From an uncultured Clostridia bacterium (GTDB lineage: Bacteria > Bacillota > Clostridia > TANB77 > CAG-508), in assembly GCA_947632605.1 (NCBI GenBank), contig CANRPX010000004.1, forward strand, positions 39,948-71,947: DNA of 32,000 nucleotides, in the 5' to 3' direction. The notes beneath the pieces are model-generated. The model was not told the DNA's origin and searched no databases. It saw only the letters and a list, made by a program, of their open reading frames with translations. Below, piece after piece: positions 8,621 through 16,095 of this stretch. The position numbers and the translations under genes were made by a program. The stretch's first letter is position 1, and each line of letters opens with the position of its first letter.

Positions 8621-9574
8621 TTAATTATCATATAATGAATCTAAATTATCAAAAGTGCTCTGAGTGTATTCATAAGCTACTTTTTCAATTTGTTTATTTT
8701 TCTTTTCTTTATCTTTTAAAGAATTTAAGTATGTATTTATTTCATCTGCTGTGCTAAATTCTTTTTTATGCCAATCAGTTAAAAGAGTATCTATGTAATC
8801 AAATCTTACTTTATTATTAGAAGAAGCCTTTTTTAATGCAATTTCTATAATTTCCATATTATATCCATAATTTTCAGTCCATTTTACAATATCTTCTTCT
8901 TCATAAGTAGTAAGTTTTCGATATAATTTTAACTTTTTAGATATTTCATTATTTATTACATTTCTTTTTTCTTGTTTTTCAAAGTATGCCTCTAAATCAT
9001 TAAAAGTTTTTATATTATTTTTGCTCCAAGCATCTGCTGTTGCTTGAATGTAATTTCTGTGTAAAGCTCGTTTATCATAAGCATAACTAAATAAAGCAAG
9101 CATAACTTGTTCATCAAATCCATATTTGCTAAACCATAAATCAATATCATTATACCAAGAAGGAGACATTACTCCTTGGAAAAATTGTGCATTAATATTT
9201 TCAACTGCTTTTGCTCTATATTGATTTTGTGAATTTTTAATAGCATCTTCAGGTGAAGATGTTACTTTAGGACTATATAATTTTGAAAATTCTAATTCTT
9301 GAATATCAACTAGAGAATAGCCATCTGTTTTCTTTACTAAAATACCTTTATCTTCCCAATATTTAATTGCATCTTTAACAGTTGGGAAGTCTAGAGATAG
9401 CGTTTTTGAAATATCATTAACTTTGATTTCTTTATCATATTTTGACAAAAATAACATATAGAAATATACCTTAATATAATTACCATTAGCTTCTGGTAAA
9501 TATTCGGTAAAAAATATATCTGGTACATCTGTACTAGAAAATAATAGAGATTTTTCGTTAAGTGATAATTTCAT
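8621..9574 (-). CDS. DnaD-domain replication initiation / membrane attachment protein (B. subtilis DnaB/DnaD-like)
   Basis: 317 aa. Winged-helix-like N-terminus (YIKVYFYMLFL...ISKTLSLDFPTVKDAIKYWEDKGIL) and two DnaD-type repeats (SPSWYNDIDLWFSKYGFDEQVMLALFSYAY...YIQATADAWSKNNIKT and IVKWTENYGYNMEIIEIALKKA...YIDTLLTDWHKKEF). Lies directly upstream of the helicase-loader gene. Confidence 0.8.
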   Translation of the reverse strand: MKLSLNEKSLLFSSTDVPDIFFTEYLPEANGNYIKVYFYMLFLSKYDKEIKVNDISKTLSLDFPTVKDAIKYWEDKGILVKKTDGYSLVDIQELEFSKLYSPKVTSSPEDAIKNSQNQYRAKAVENINAQFFQGVMSPSWYNDIDLWFSKYGFDEQVMLALFSYAYDKRALHRNYIQATADAWSKNNIKTFNDLEAYFEKQEKRNVINNEISKKLKLYRKLTTYEEEDIVKWTENYGYNMEIIEIALKKASSNNKVRFDYIDTLLTDWHKKEFSTADEINTYLNSLKDKEKKNKQIEKVAYEYTQSTFDNLDSLYDN

Positions 9575-9633
9575 ATTAAAAGCGCCCCTTTATAATAAAC
9601 TTTAATATATTTTCTTTAGTACAATGTAAAAAG

Positions 9634-9662
9634 ATTATATCATTTAAAAAGCTTAAATACAA
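9634..9662 (-). promoter_or_regulatory. putative sigma-A promoter of the dnaD-like/dnaC-like operon
   Basis: On the minus strand: TTGTAT, 17 nt, TATAAT, with a TG (extended -10) two bases upstream. Confidence 0.5.
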
Positions 9663-9738
9663 TAAAAAATATAATAAAATTTATATGAAAAATCAAGAGG
9701 AATTTTATAAAAAATATACAAATAAAAAAATGTTTTAA

Positions 9739-10038
9739 TCATAAATTCATTTTATTATTTTTATCATAAAGATATATTTTTTGGTTCTTAATAAATTTAA
9801 AAACATACTTAAAAACAGAAATTATACTTTCTTTATTTATTCCTAAAATACTTATAAGCAAAATAGGAAAGAAAAGTGAAATAAAAACATAAATTTTTAA
9901 ATTAATATTTTTAAAAATTAAATTTACTAGAAAATACAAAATAACACCAAGTGTTACATCTAAAATAGCAGTAGAATATTCTATAAATCCTAATAATTTT
10001 GGCTTGAAATTATAATTTTTTGGAAAAATAAAATGCAT
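9739..10038 (-). CDS. small two-TM membrane protein, possible VirB3/PrgI/TcpE-like T4SS component
   Basis: 99 aa with two hydrophobic helices (AILDVTLGVILYFLVNLIF, IYVFISLFFPILLISILGI). It is the last gene of the minus-strand T4SS-like operon. Assignment rests on size, topology and position only. Confidence 0.4.
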   Translation of the reverse strand: MHFIFPKNYNFKPKLLGFIEYSTAILDVTLGVILYFLVNLIFKNINLKIYVFISLFFPILLISILGINKESIISVFKYVFKFIKNQKIYLYDKNNKMNL

Positions 10039-10062
10039 AAAGACTCCTTTTAAAATTAATTT

Positions 10063-10941
10063 TTAATTATTAGTAAAAGAGGAAATGTTTGCTTGAACTG
10101 TAGTAGAAATTCCACCAAAAATTTCTTTCATATAATTATTTGATCTACTTAAAGCAAAAATAATACCAATAAATAAAAGCTTAGAAATTGAAGAATTCTG
10201 AGTTATATTTATTGTAAATGAAAGTAATAAAATAAGTAATACTAATATTTGAACTAATAATAAAGATATAAAAGTTTTAATCCAAACTTTGAAAAACCAT
10301 TCAGAAGAATTAGTTATAAGACTTAAAAAAGCAAATGGGCTAATAAGTACAAAAATTTGAATCATTATATATCTAAGTGAATACGTAAATATTAAATTTA
10401 TAAGGCCAAAACTTGTAAATGATTTTATAATTCCATCAAAAGAGAAAATATTAAACTCGTTATTTTGTAAGTATATTGTTTTGTTAATATTTTCGATAAA
10501 ATTTGAAAAATTAATACTTGTATTAAAAAGATTCTCTCCAAGTTTTGAAATACTGTTGCTTATTAAATAAATAATATTTATTATTTGTTCACAAATCCAA
10601 AGGGAAGAATTCATAATAGCAATAAATATAATAGCTTTAAAAATAAATTGTTTTGGTGAATCTATTCTAGAATATGTTAAATGTGAAATTAAATAGTTTA
10701 TTGAATAATAAATTATGAATCCCAGAACTAAACTATTTGCAATTAATAATATTCCATTTGAACTTGAAGTTCCAATAATTTGCTCAAATTTAGAATTATT
10801 CAAAATACTTGGTTTTATAAAAATAATATCATCTAAAACACTGTAAATGGTATTATCAATAGATGAAAATAGTTTAGAAAATAATTGATTTAAAGATTCA
10901 AAAATTACATTTGTTAAATTAATTGTTGTTTGTTCTTCCAT
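10063..10941 (-). CDS. polytopic membrane protein, possible VirB6/TrbL-like T4SS channel component
   Basis: 292 aa with at least 6 hydrophobic segments, located between the pilin-like and VirB3-like genes. No soluble-domain motif recognised. Confidence 0.45.
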   Translation of the reverse strand: MEEQTTINLTNVIFESLNQLFSKLFSSIDNTIYSVLDDIIFIKPSILNNSKFEQIIGTSSSNGILLIANSLVLGFIIYYSINYLISHLTYSRIDSPKQFIFKAIIFIAIMNSSLWICEQIINIIYLISNSISKLGENLFNTSINFSNFIENINKTIYLQNNEFNIFSFDGIIKSFTSFGLINLIFTYSLRYIMIQIFVLISPFAFLSLITNSSEWFFKVWIKTFISLLLVQILVLLILLLSFTINITQNSSISKLLFIGIIFALSRSNNYMKEIFGGISTTVQANISSFTNN

Positions 10942-10963
10942 AATATTTCCATTTCTATAAAAT

Positions 10964-11293
10964 TTAAGTTAATAAAGTTTGGAATAGAGATAGAACTAAA
11001 TCTATACAAAGTATAAAACCATAAGAAAAAAGACTACCTCTAATAAGTTTATTTGCTGTACGAATTTTCTCTTCATCTCCAAAACTAAATTTTTTCATAA
11101 GTACTCCAGTTCCAACTGCAACAGCAGCTGCTGGTGTTGAAATTTTTACAATATAGCTTTCAATTTTTTCAAAGGCAGAATCAATAGTAGTAACTAATTT
11201 TGGATCTGCTGCAGATACACTTGTATTAAAAGTACAAATAAATAAAAAAGAAAGCATACATGTATAAATAATTGTTATTTTTTTATTTTTCAT
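10964..11293 (-). CDS. secreted small hydrophobic protein, possible VirB2/TrbC pilin-like
   Basis: 109 aa. Signal peptide MKNKKITIIYTCMLSFLFICTFNTSVSA with cleavage probably before ADPK. The mature ~80 aa has two hydrophobic helices (PAAAVAVGTGVLM, LFSYGFILCIDLVLSLF). Its start overlaps the coupling-protein stop by 11 nt. Confidence 0.45.
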   Translation of the reverse strand: MKNKKITIIYTCMLSFLFICTFNTSVSAADPKLVTTIDSAFEKIESYIVKISTPAAAVAVGTGVLMKKFSFGDEEKIRTANKLIRGSLFSYGFILCIDLVLSLFQTLLT

Positions 11294-12560
11294 ATTGTTT
11301 TAATCCTTTCATAAATTTTTCTTTTTCATAATATGGTATCATTTGTAATTTTTTAGGTTTTAAAATTCTTAAGCCATCAGAAATAAAACTTAAACAGTTA
11401 AATGTTTCCAAGCTTTGAGAAAAAAATTTTGTATCAAAAATATAATCATTTTGTGTATATTTATTATAACTTTCTGATAAATTCGAATCTCTAGACATAA
11501 GAGTATTTGTTATTAAATTAAACTTCGTTTCTTTCGCATTTTCAGAAATAGTAGTTGAAATCTTTTCTTTTTCTTCTTTTCCAATTTGTTTTTGTGCTTC
11601 TTCAATTGTAAAAATATCATCAGTTCTAAACCAAAGTTTATTAATTAAGCTTTGCAAAATAACTTTAGTAGAAGCTTCATCTTTTAAAGTATTTTTTATA
11701 GAAGAATAGCTTTGAGTTGCAACAATGTTTATGCATTTGGCTTCTCTACATCCAGAAAAAAAGTCACCATCAGTAGTTGTAACATATTCATGAAATTCAT
11801 CACTTATAAAAGCACTTTTTCTAATTTTAGAATTGTTTCCAAGTCTAGACATAACTTCTGTTTGAAAATCTAATTTTAGATATGTAGCAATAATTTTTGA
11901 AAGATTTTTATATTCTGCGATATTCATATTTAAAACAACTATTTTTCCTTTTTCTAAAACTTCTTTAAAACCATAAAAATTAATTTCTTCTTTTGATGGA
12001 CAAAAAGTTTGTAACACATTAAAATCAGAAATAAAAATGTTTGTAATTCTACTAATTTCCGATTTTAAAATTGATAAAGTTCTATTATCTAATGAAAAAA
12101 ATTCTTTTTCAAAAAAATCTATACAAGATAAAAGATTATAAATATCTGAATCAGAAAGCTTACCATTTTTGAATAACTCTTTTAAAATGCCGAGCTTTTC
12201 TGAATAATAATCAGAAAACATTACGAGTTTATGAATTTCAGAAAAAGAAACATATCCGTTATTATATAATCTACAAAATTTAATACATTCTGCTAAAATT
12301 TGTTCAACTTTATCAAGCCAATATGATTCAGAGTTATTTGGGCTAAATAATGTTAGAATTGTTTTTAATCTATTTGCAAGAACAATAGGTTTTAAATTTG
12401 GTTTATCTAGTGGGTTATATTTAAAATTTCCAGATAAATCTATTACTATAATATCTTCTAATCTATTACTTTCATTTGCATATTTAAGTACTTGTTTAAA
12501 ATAATTTCCTTTTACATCTAAAATTAGCATAGCTAATTTTTCATTTGAATTATTTGCCAT
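11283..12560 (-). CDS. type IV coupling protein (VirD4/TraG/TrwB-like), C-terminal fragment lacking Walker A
   Basis: 425 aa. LILDVKGNYF (DxKGE-like motif after the P-loop) and Walker B FISDEFHEY. It overlaps and is out of frame with 12550..13026, which carries the TM helices and Walker A. Confidence 0.7.
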   Translation of the reverse strand: MANNSNEKLAMLILDVKGNYFKQVLKYANESNRLEDIIVIDLSGNFKYNPLDKPNLKPIVLANRLKTILTLFSPNNSESYWLDKVEQILAECIKFCRLYNNGYVSFSEIHKLVMFSDYYSEKLGILKELFKNGKLSDSDIYNLLSCIDFFEKEFFSLDNRTLSILKSEISRITNIFISDFNVLQTFCPSKEEINFYGFKEVLEKGKIVVLNMNIAEYKNLSKIIATYLKLDFQTEVMSRLGNNSKIRKSAFISDEFHEYVTTTDGDFFSGCREAKCINIVATQSYSSIKNTLKDEASTKVILQSLINKLWFRTDDIFTIEEAQKQIGKEEKEKISTTISENAKETKFNLITNTLMSRDSNLSESYNKYTQNDYIFDTKFFSQSLETFNCLSFISDGLRILKPKKLQMIPYYEKEKFMKGLKQYEK

Positions 12561-13026
12561 GTAATCTATTAATTGACCGAGTTAATGGATACATTGCAGA
12601 AGAAGTTTTTCCAGTTCCAATAGTTCCAGTTATTAAAATGTTTTGATAAAGACCTTTTTCATCAATATAAATAGGCAAATTATCATTCAAACCAACAAAA
12701 AGTGAAAGATTACTATTTTGATTATTATGATTATTAAAGTTTTTAAAATTAATTTTATTTTTAGTATTTAGTGGAATTTTTGAGAATATGAAATTAAAAA
12801 TTTTATTATATAAAATGAAATATGAAAATAAAAAACTAAAAAGATAAATTTTCTTTAATAAAATCCATGTATTTGGATAAACTGAAACTATATCAAAAGG
12901 ATGCACTGCGTAAGGAAAAATCAAATGATTAGCATTAAAAATAGGGTTAAATATAAGATAAATAAAAAACAAAACAAAAGGAAAAGAAATTATAAAAAAT
13001 AATATTTTATAAAAAAATTTCTTCAA
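12550..13026 (-). CDS. type IV coupling protein, N-terminal fragment (TM helices plus Walker A)
   Basis: 158 aa. Two or three N-terminal TM helices, then ITGTIGTGKTSSAMYPLT (Walker A), then a stop 14 codons later. The frame of 11283..12560 is already open from 7 codons before its ATG (LGQLIDYMANNS...). This is consistent with one indel splitting a single ~580-aa T4CP gene. Confidence 0.7.
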   Translation of the reverse strand: MKKFFYKILFFIISFPFVLFFIYLIFNPIFNANHLIFPYAVHPFDIVSVYPNTWILLKKIYLFSFLFSYFILYNKIFNFIFSKIPLNTKNKINFKNFNNHNNQNSNLSLFVGLNDNLPIYIDEKGLYQNILITGTIGTGKTSSAMYPLTRSINRLHGK

Positions 13027-13035
13027 TATTAAACC

Positions 13036-13182
13036 TTAAAATAATTGATTTTTTTTGATTTTTAATTTAGAGCCTTGCAAACTTTGAAGTAAAAAGATTT
13101 CTACTAAAGAATACATTGAATAAATAATTATAAATATATTGATACCAAAACTTATGAAAAAGAGGTTAAAAAGTATTTCCAT
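13036..13182 (-). CDS. unlisted small ORF (48 aa), hydrophobic N-terminus and basic C-terminus, first gene of the minus-strand T4SS-like operon
   Basis: Read by eye: ATG at 13182-13180 preceded by GAGGTG 7 nt upstream. Translation is MEILFNLFFISFGINIFIIIYSMYSLVEIFLLQSLQGSKLKIKKNQLF, with stop TAA at 13038-13036, 9 nt before the coupling-protein start. Confidence 0.35.
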   Translation of the reverse strand: MEILFNLFFISFGINIFIIIYSMYSLVEIFLLQSLQGSKLKIKKNQLF

Positions 13183-13213
13183 TTTAAATCACCTCTTTTT
13201 TAAAATTTGCAAT

Positions 13214-13242
13214 ATAATACAATAATTTTTTTGGTTTGTCTA
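13214..13242 (-). promoter_or_regulatory. putative promoter of the minus-strand T4SS-like operon
   Basis: On the minus strand: TAGACA, 17 nt, TATTAT, about 30 nt upstream of the small-ORF ATG. Confidence 0.35.
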
Positions 13243-13331
13243 TACTTTTTTAAAAAAATGTGGTAAAATATTTATCACTACAATAAAAAAATCAAAAAAT
13301 ATAAATAATAATATTTAAGGAGGAATATAAA

Positions 13332-13514
13332 ATGATAGATAAAAATACAAAAATAGGCGAATTACTAGAAATGGCTCCAGAAAAAGCAGATATATTATTA
13401 GATGCTGGAATGCATTGTTTAGGATGCCCTGCATCACAAGCTGAAACATTAGAAGAGGCTTGTTCAGTTCATGGAATTGATGTAGATGAATTAGTAAAAG
13501 AATTAAATAAATAA
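13332..13514 (+). CDS. DUF1858 / hybrid-cluster-protein-associated redox disulfide protein
   Basis: 60 aa, MIDKNTKIGELLEMAPEKADILLDAGMHCLGCPASQAETLEEACSVHGIDVDELVKELNK, with the CxxC motif typical of this family. AAGGAGG lies 8 nt upstream and a terminator follows. Confidence 0.8.
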   Translation: MIDKNTKIGELLEMAPEKADILLDAGMHCLGCPASQAETLEEACSVHGIDVDELVKELNK

Positions 13515-13538
13515 GTTTTTTCAAAAATAAAAAACTTA

Positions 13539-13576
13539 AAGAATATTGATAAAAAATATCAATATTCTTTTTTTTT
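13539..13576 (+). terminator. rho-independent terminator
   Basis: AAGAATATTGAT (13539-13550) pairs perfectly with ATCAATATTCTT (13558-13569), followed by a T7 run. Confidence 0.8.
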
Positions 13577-13597
13577 AAAATAAATTAATATATAATA

Positions 13598-13626
13598 TTG
13601 ACAGTCGTTTTTAAAAATAATATAAT
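13598..13626 (+). promoter_or_regulatory. consensus sigma-A promoter of pcrA
   Basis: TTGACA (13598-13603), 17 nt, TATAAT (13621-13626). Confidence 0.7.
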
Positions 13627-13661
13627 ACAAACACAAGTTTGGTAAAAAGTGGGAGAATTTA

Positions 13662-15974
13662 ATGGACATATTAGAAAATTTAAATGATAAACAATATGAG
13701 GCAGTTGTAAATACAGAAGGTCCATGCTTAGTTATAGCTGGTGCTGGAAGTGGAAAGACTAAAGTTTTAACACATAAAATTGCGTATTTGATAGGAGAAA
13801 AAAATGTAAAACCATGGGATATTTTAGCAATAACTTTTACAAATAAAGCTGCAAATGAAATGAAAACAAGAGTTGAAAATCTAGTTGGAGATATTGCAAA
13901 AGATATGTGGATAGGAACATTTCATTCTATTTGTGTTAGAATTTTAAGAAAACAAATAGATAGATTAGGTTTTGATTCTTCTTTTATTATATTTGATACA
14001 TCTGATCAAAAAACTTTAATAAAACAAATAATAAAATCACAAAATTTAGATGACAAACTTTATTCAGATAAATCTATACAGTATGAAATTAGTAATGCAA
14101 AAAATGATATGTTAGAGCCAGATAGTTATAGAGCAAAAGTAAAAGGAGATTTTAGAAAAGAAAAAATAGCTGAAATTTATCATATTTATCAAAAAAAATT
14201 AAAAGAAAATAATGCTATTGATTTTGATGATATAATCAATTTTACTATTAAAATTTTAATGGATAATCCAGATTTATTAGAATATTATTCAGGAAAGTTT
14301 AAATATGTTTTAGTAGATGAATATCAAGATACAAATAAAGCTCAATTCACTTTAGTATCTTTACTTGCTTCAAAATATGGAAATATTACTGTTGTTGGAG
14401 ATAATGACCAAGGAATTTATAGTTTTAGAGGAGCTGATATAACAAACATTTTGAATTTTGAAAAAGATTTTCCAGGAACACGAATAATTAAGTTAGAGCA
14501 AAATTATAGATGTACCCAAAACATTTTAAATATTGCAAATGAAGTAATTAAAAATAATGAAACAAAATATGAGAAAAAATTATGGACTGACAATGATTTA
14601 GGAAATAAACCTAAAATTTTTAGAGGAGATAATGAATATGATGAAGCAAATTACATTGTAAGACAAATTAATTCTCTAAAAATTGAAGAATATTATAAAT
14701 ATTCAGACTTTGCTATTCTTTATAGAATGAACTCACAATCTCGTAGTATAGAAGACATTTTAAGAAGAGAAGATATACCATACAAAATTGTTGGCGGTTT
14801 AAAGTTCTATGAAAGAAAAGAAATAAAAGATATTATTGCATATTTAAGGTTAATTCAAAATACATCAGATAATTTGAGTTTAACAAGAATTATAAATGAG
14901 CCTAAAAGAGGTATTGGAAAAACAAGTTTAGATAACATTGAGGATCTTTCAGCAAGTAATGGAATATCTATGTTTGAAATAATAAAAAGAGCAGATGAAT
15001 TTGGATTAAATAGAATTTTTGCAAACACTAGAGAATTTATAAGTGTAATAGAAGAATTAAAAAGTAAAAAAGATAATATAAAAATATCAGATTTAATAAA
15101 AGAAACTTTAAATAAAACGGGATATACAAGAGCATTGGAGCTTGAAAACACTGTTGAAGCAGAAACGAGAATACAAAACTTAGATGAATTTTTGACAGTA
15201 GCAATTGAATTTGAAGAAGAATCAGCTGATAATTCACTTAGTGAATTTTTAGAAGGAATAACTTTAAGTTCAGATTTAGATGGAATGGAAGATTCAGAAG
15301 ATTCTGTTACATTAATGACTTTACACAGTGCAAAAGGACTAGAATTTCCAGTTGTATTTTTAGTTGGAATGGAAGAAGGAATTTTTCCAGGATATAAATC
15401 TATTGGAGAGGAAAAAGAACTTGAAGAAGAAAGAAGACTTTGTTATGTTGGAATTACAAGAGCAAAAGAAAATTTGTTTTTAACTTGTAGTAGACAAAGA
15501 ACAATATTTGGTTCTACAAGCTGTAATCCAGTATCAAGATTTGTTAAAGAAATTCCTTCAAATATGTTAGAAGGATATGAAGATATAGAAGATAAAAGAC
15601 AAAATTTATATGATTCAGATAATGAATGGAGTTATGGGGAAAGAAGAAGACCTTCTTATTATTCAGACTATTCAAGAGAAGAATCTATTTCTACATATAA
15701 AGATATTGCAGCAGCATCTTCTAGAGGTACACAAACAACATATCAATTTAGAAGTGCAGAAAGCTTTTTAAATAGTTTAAATAAAAATAAATCAGAAGAT
15801 ATAGATTTATCAGTATATAAAGCAGGTGTAAGAGTATTACATAAAAAATTTGGAGAAGGCATTATTAATTCAGTAGAAAAAGAAGGAGAAGATTTAAAAG
15901 TAGATATAAATTTTGATAAAGTAGGGCACAAAAGGTTAATGGCTCGATTTGCAGGATTACAAATACTTGAATAA
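13662..15974 (+). CDS. pcrA: ATP-dependent DNA helicase PcrA (UvrD/Rep superfamily 1A)
   Basis: 770 aa. Helicase motifs AGAGSGKTKVLTHKIAYL, VDEYQDTN, QNYRCT, TLHSAKGLEFPVVFLVG and VGITRAKENL, plus a C-terminal Tudor-like tail GVRVLHKKFGEGII typical of PcrA. Confidence 0.95.
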   Translation: MDILENLNDKQYEAVVNTEGPCLVIAGAGSGKTKVLTHKIAYLIGEKNVKPWDILAITFTNKAANEMKTRVENLVGDIAKDMWIGTFHSICVRILRKQIDRLGFDSSFIIFDTSDQKTLIKQIIKSQNLDDKLYSDKSIQYEISNAKNDMLEPDSYRAKVKGDFRKEKIAEIYHIYQKKLKENNAIDFDDIINFTIKILMDNPDLLEYYSGKFKYVLVDEYQDTNKAQFTLVSLLASKYGNITVVGDNDQGIYSFRGADITNILNFEKDFPGTRIIKLEQNYRCTQNILNIANEVIKNNETKYEKKLWTDNDLGNKPKIFRGDNEYDEANYIVRQINSLKIEEYYKYSDFAILYRMNSQSRSIEDILRREDIPYKIVGGLKFYERKEIKDIIAYLRLIQNTSDNLSLTRIINEPKRGIGKTSLDNIEDLSASNGISMFEIIKRADEFGLNRIFANTREFISVIEELKSKKDNIKISDLIKETLNKTGYTRALELENTVEAETRIQNLDEFLTVAIEFEEESADNSLSEFLEGITLSSDLDGMEDSEDSVTLMTLHSAKGLEFPVVFLVGMEEGIFPGYKSIGEEKELEEERRLCYVGITRAKENLFLTCSRQRTIFGSTSCNPVSRFVKEIPSNMLEGYEDIEDKRQNLYDSDNEWSYGERRRPSYYSDYSREESISTYKDIAAASSRGTQTTYQFRSAESFLNSLNKNKSEDIDLSVYKAGVRVLHKKFGEGIINSVEKEGEDLKVDINFDKVGHKRLMARFAGLQILE

Positions 15975-15983
15975 AAAAATAAA

Positions 15984-16025
15984 AAGAGTATTAAGGAACA
16001 ATAATTTCCATTAATACTCTTTAAT
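15984..16025 (+). terminator. rho-independent terminator of pcrA
   Basis: AAGAGTATTAA...TTAATACTCTT inverted repeat followed by a T-rich stretch. Confidence 0.65.
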
Positions 16026-16026
16026 T

Positions 16027-16055
16027 TTGACAATTTTAAATTAAATAGATATAAT
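16027..16055 (+). promoter_or_regulatory. consensus sigma-A promoter of the 587-aa orphan gene
   Basis: TTGACA (16027-16032), 17 nt, TATAAT (16050-16055). Confidence 0.65.
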
Positions 16056-16095
16056 AACTAATATAAGATATATCAAATAAAAAGGTATGTATATA

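Noticed and set aside
7494-9574. dnaD-like/dnaC-like pair as a phage or ICE replication module belonging to the T4SS element
   Set aside because: Not adopted as the primary call. The pair has its own sigma-A promoter. The two-DnaD-repeat architecture plus a zinc-module DnaI-like loader matches the chromosomal Firmicute initiation pair, which in Clostridia lies near the origin region along with gyrA. It remains an open alternative, noted in the findings.
13315-13524. 69-aa minus-strand ORF overlapping the DUF1858 gene
   Set aside because: The plus-strand 60-aa ORF has a strong AAGGAGG RBS, a family-typical CxxC sequence and a downstream terminator. The minus-strand ORF is a shadow.
14855-16033. 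Minus-strand ORFs 14855..15151, 15037..15237 and 15743..16033 within or after pcrA
   Set aside because: They are antisense to a fully motif-supported helicase gene. Their translations are Leu/Phe/Ser/Ile low-complexity.
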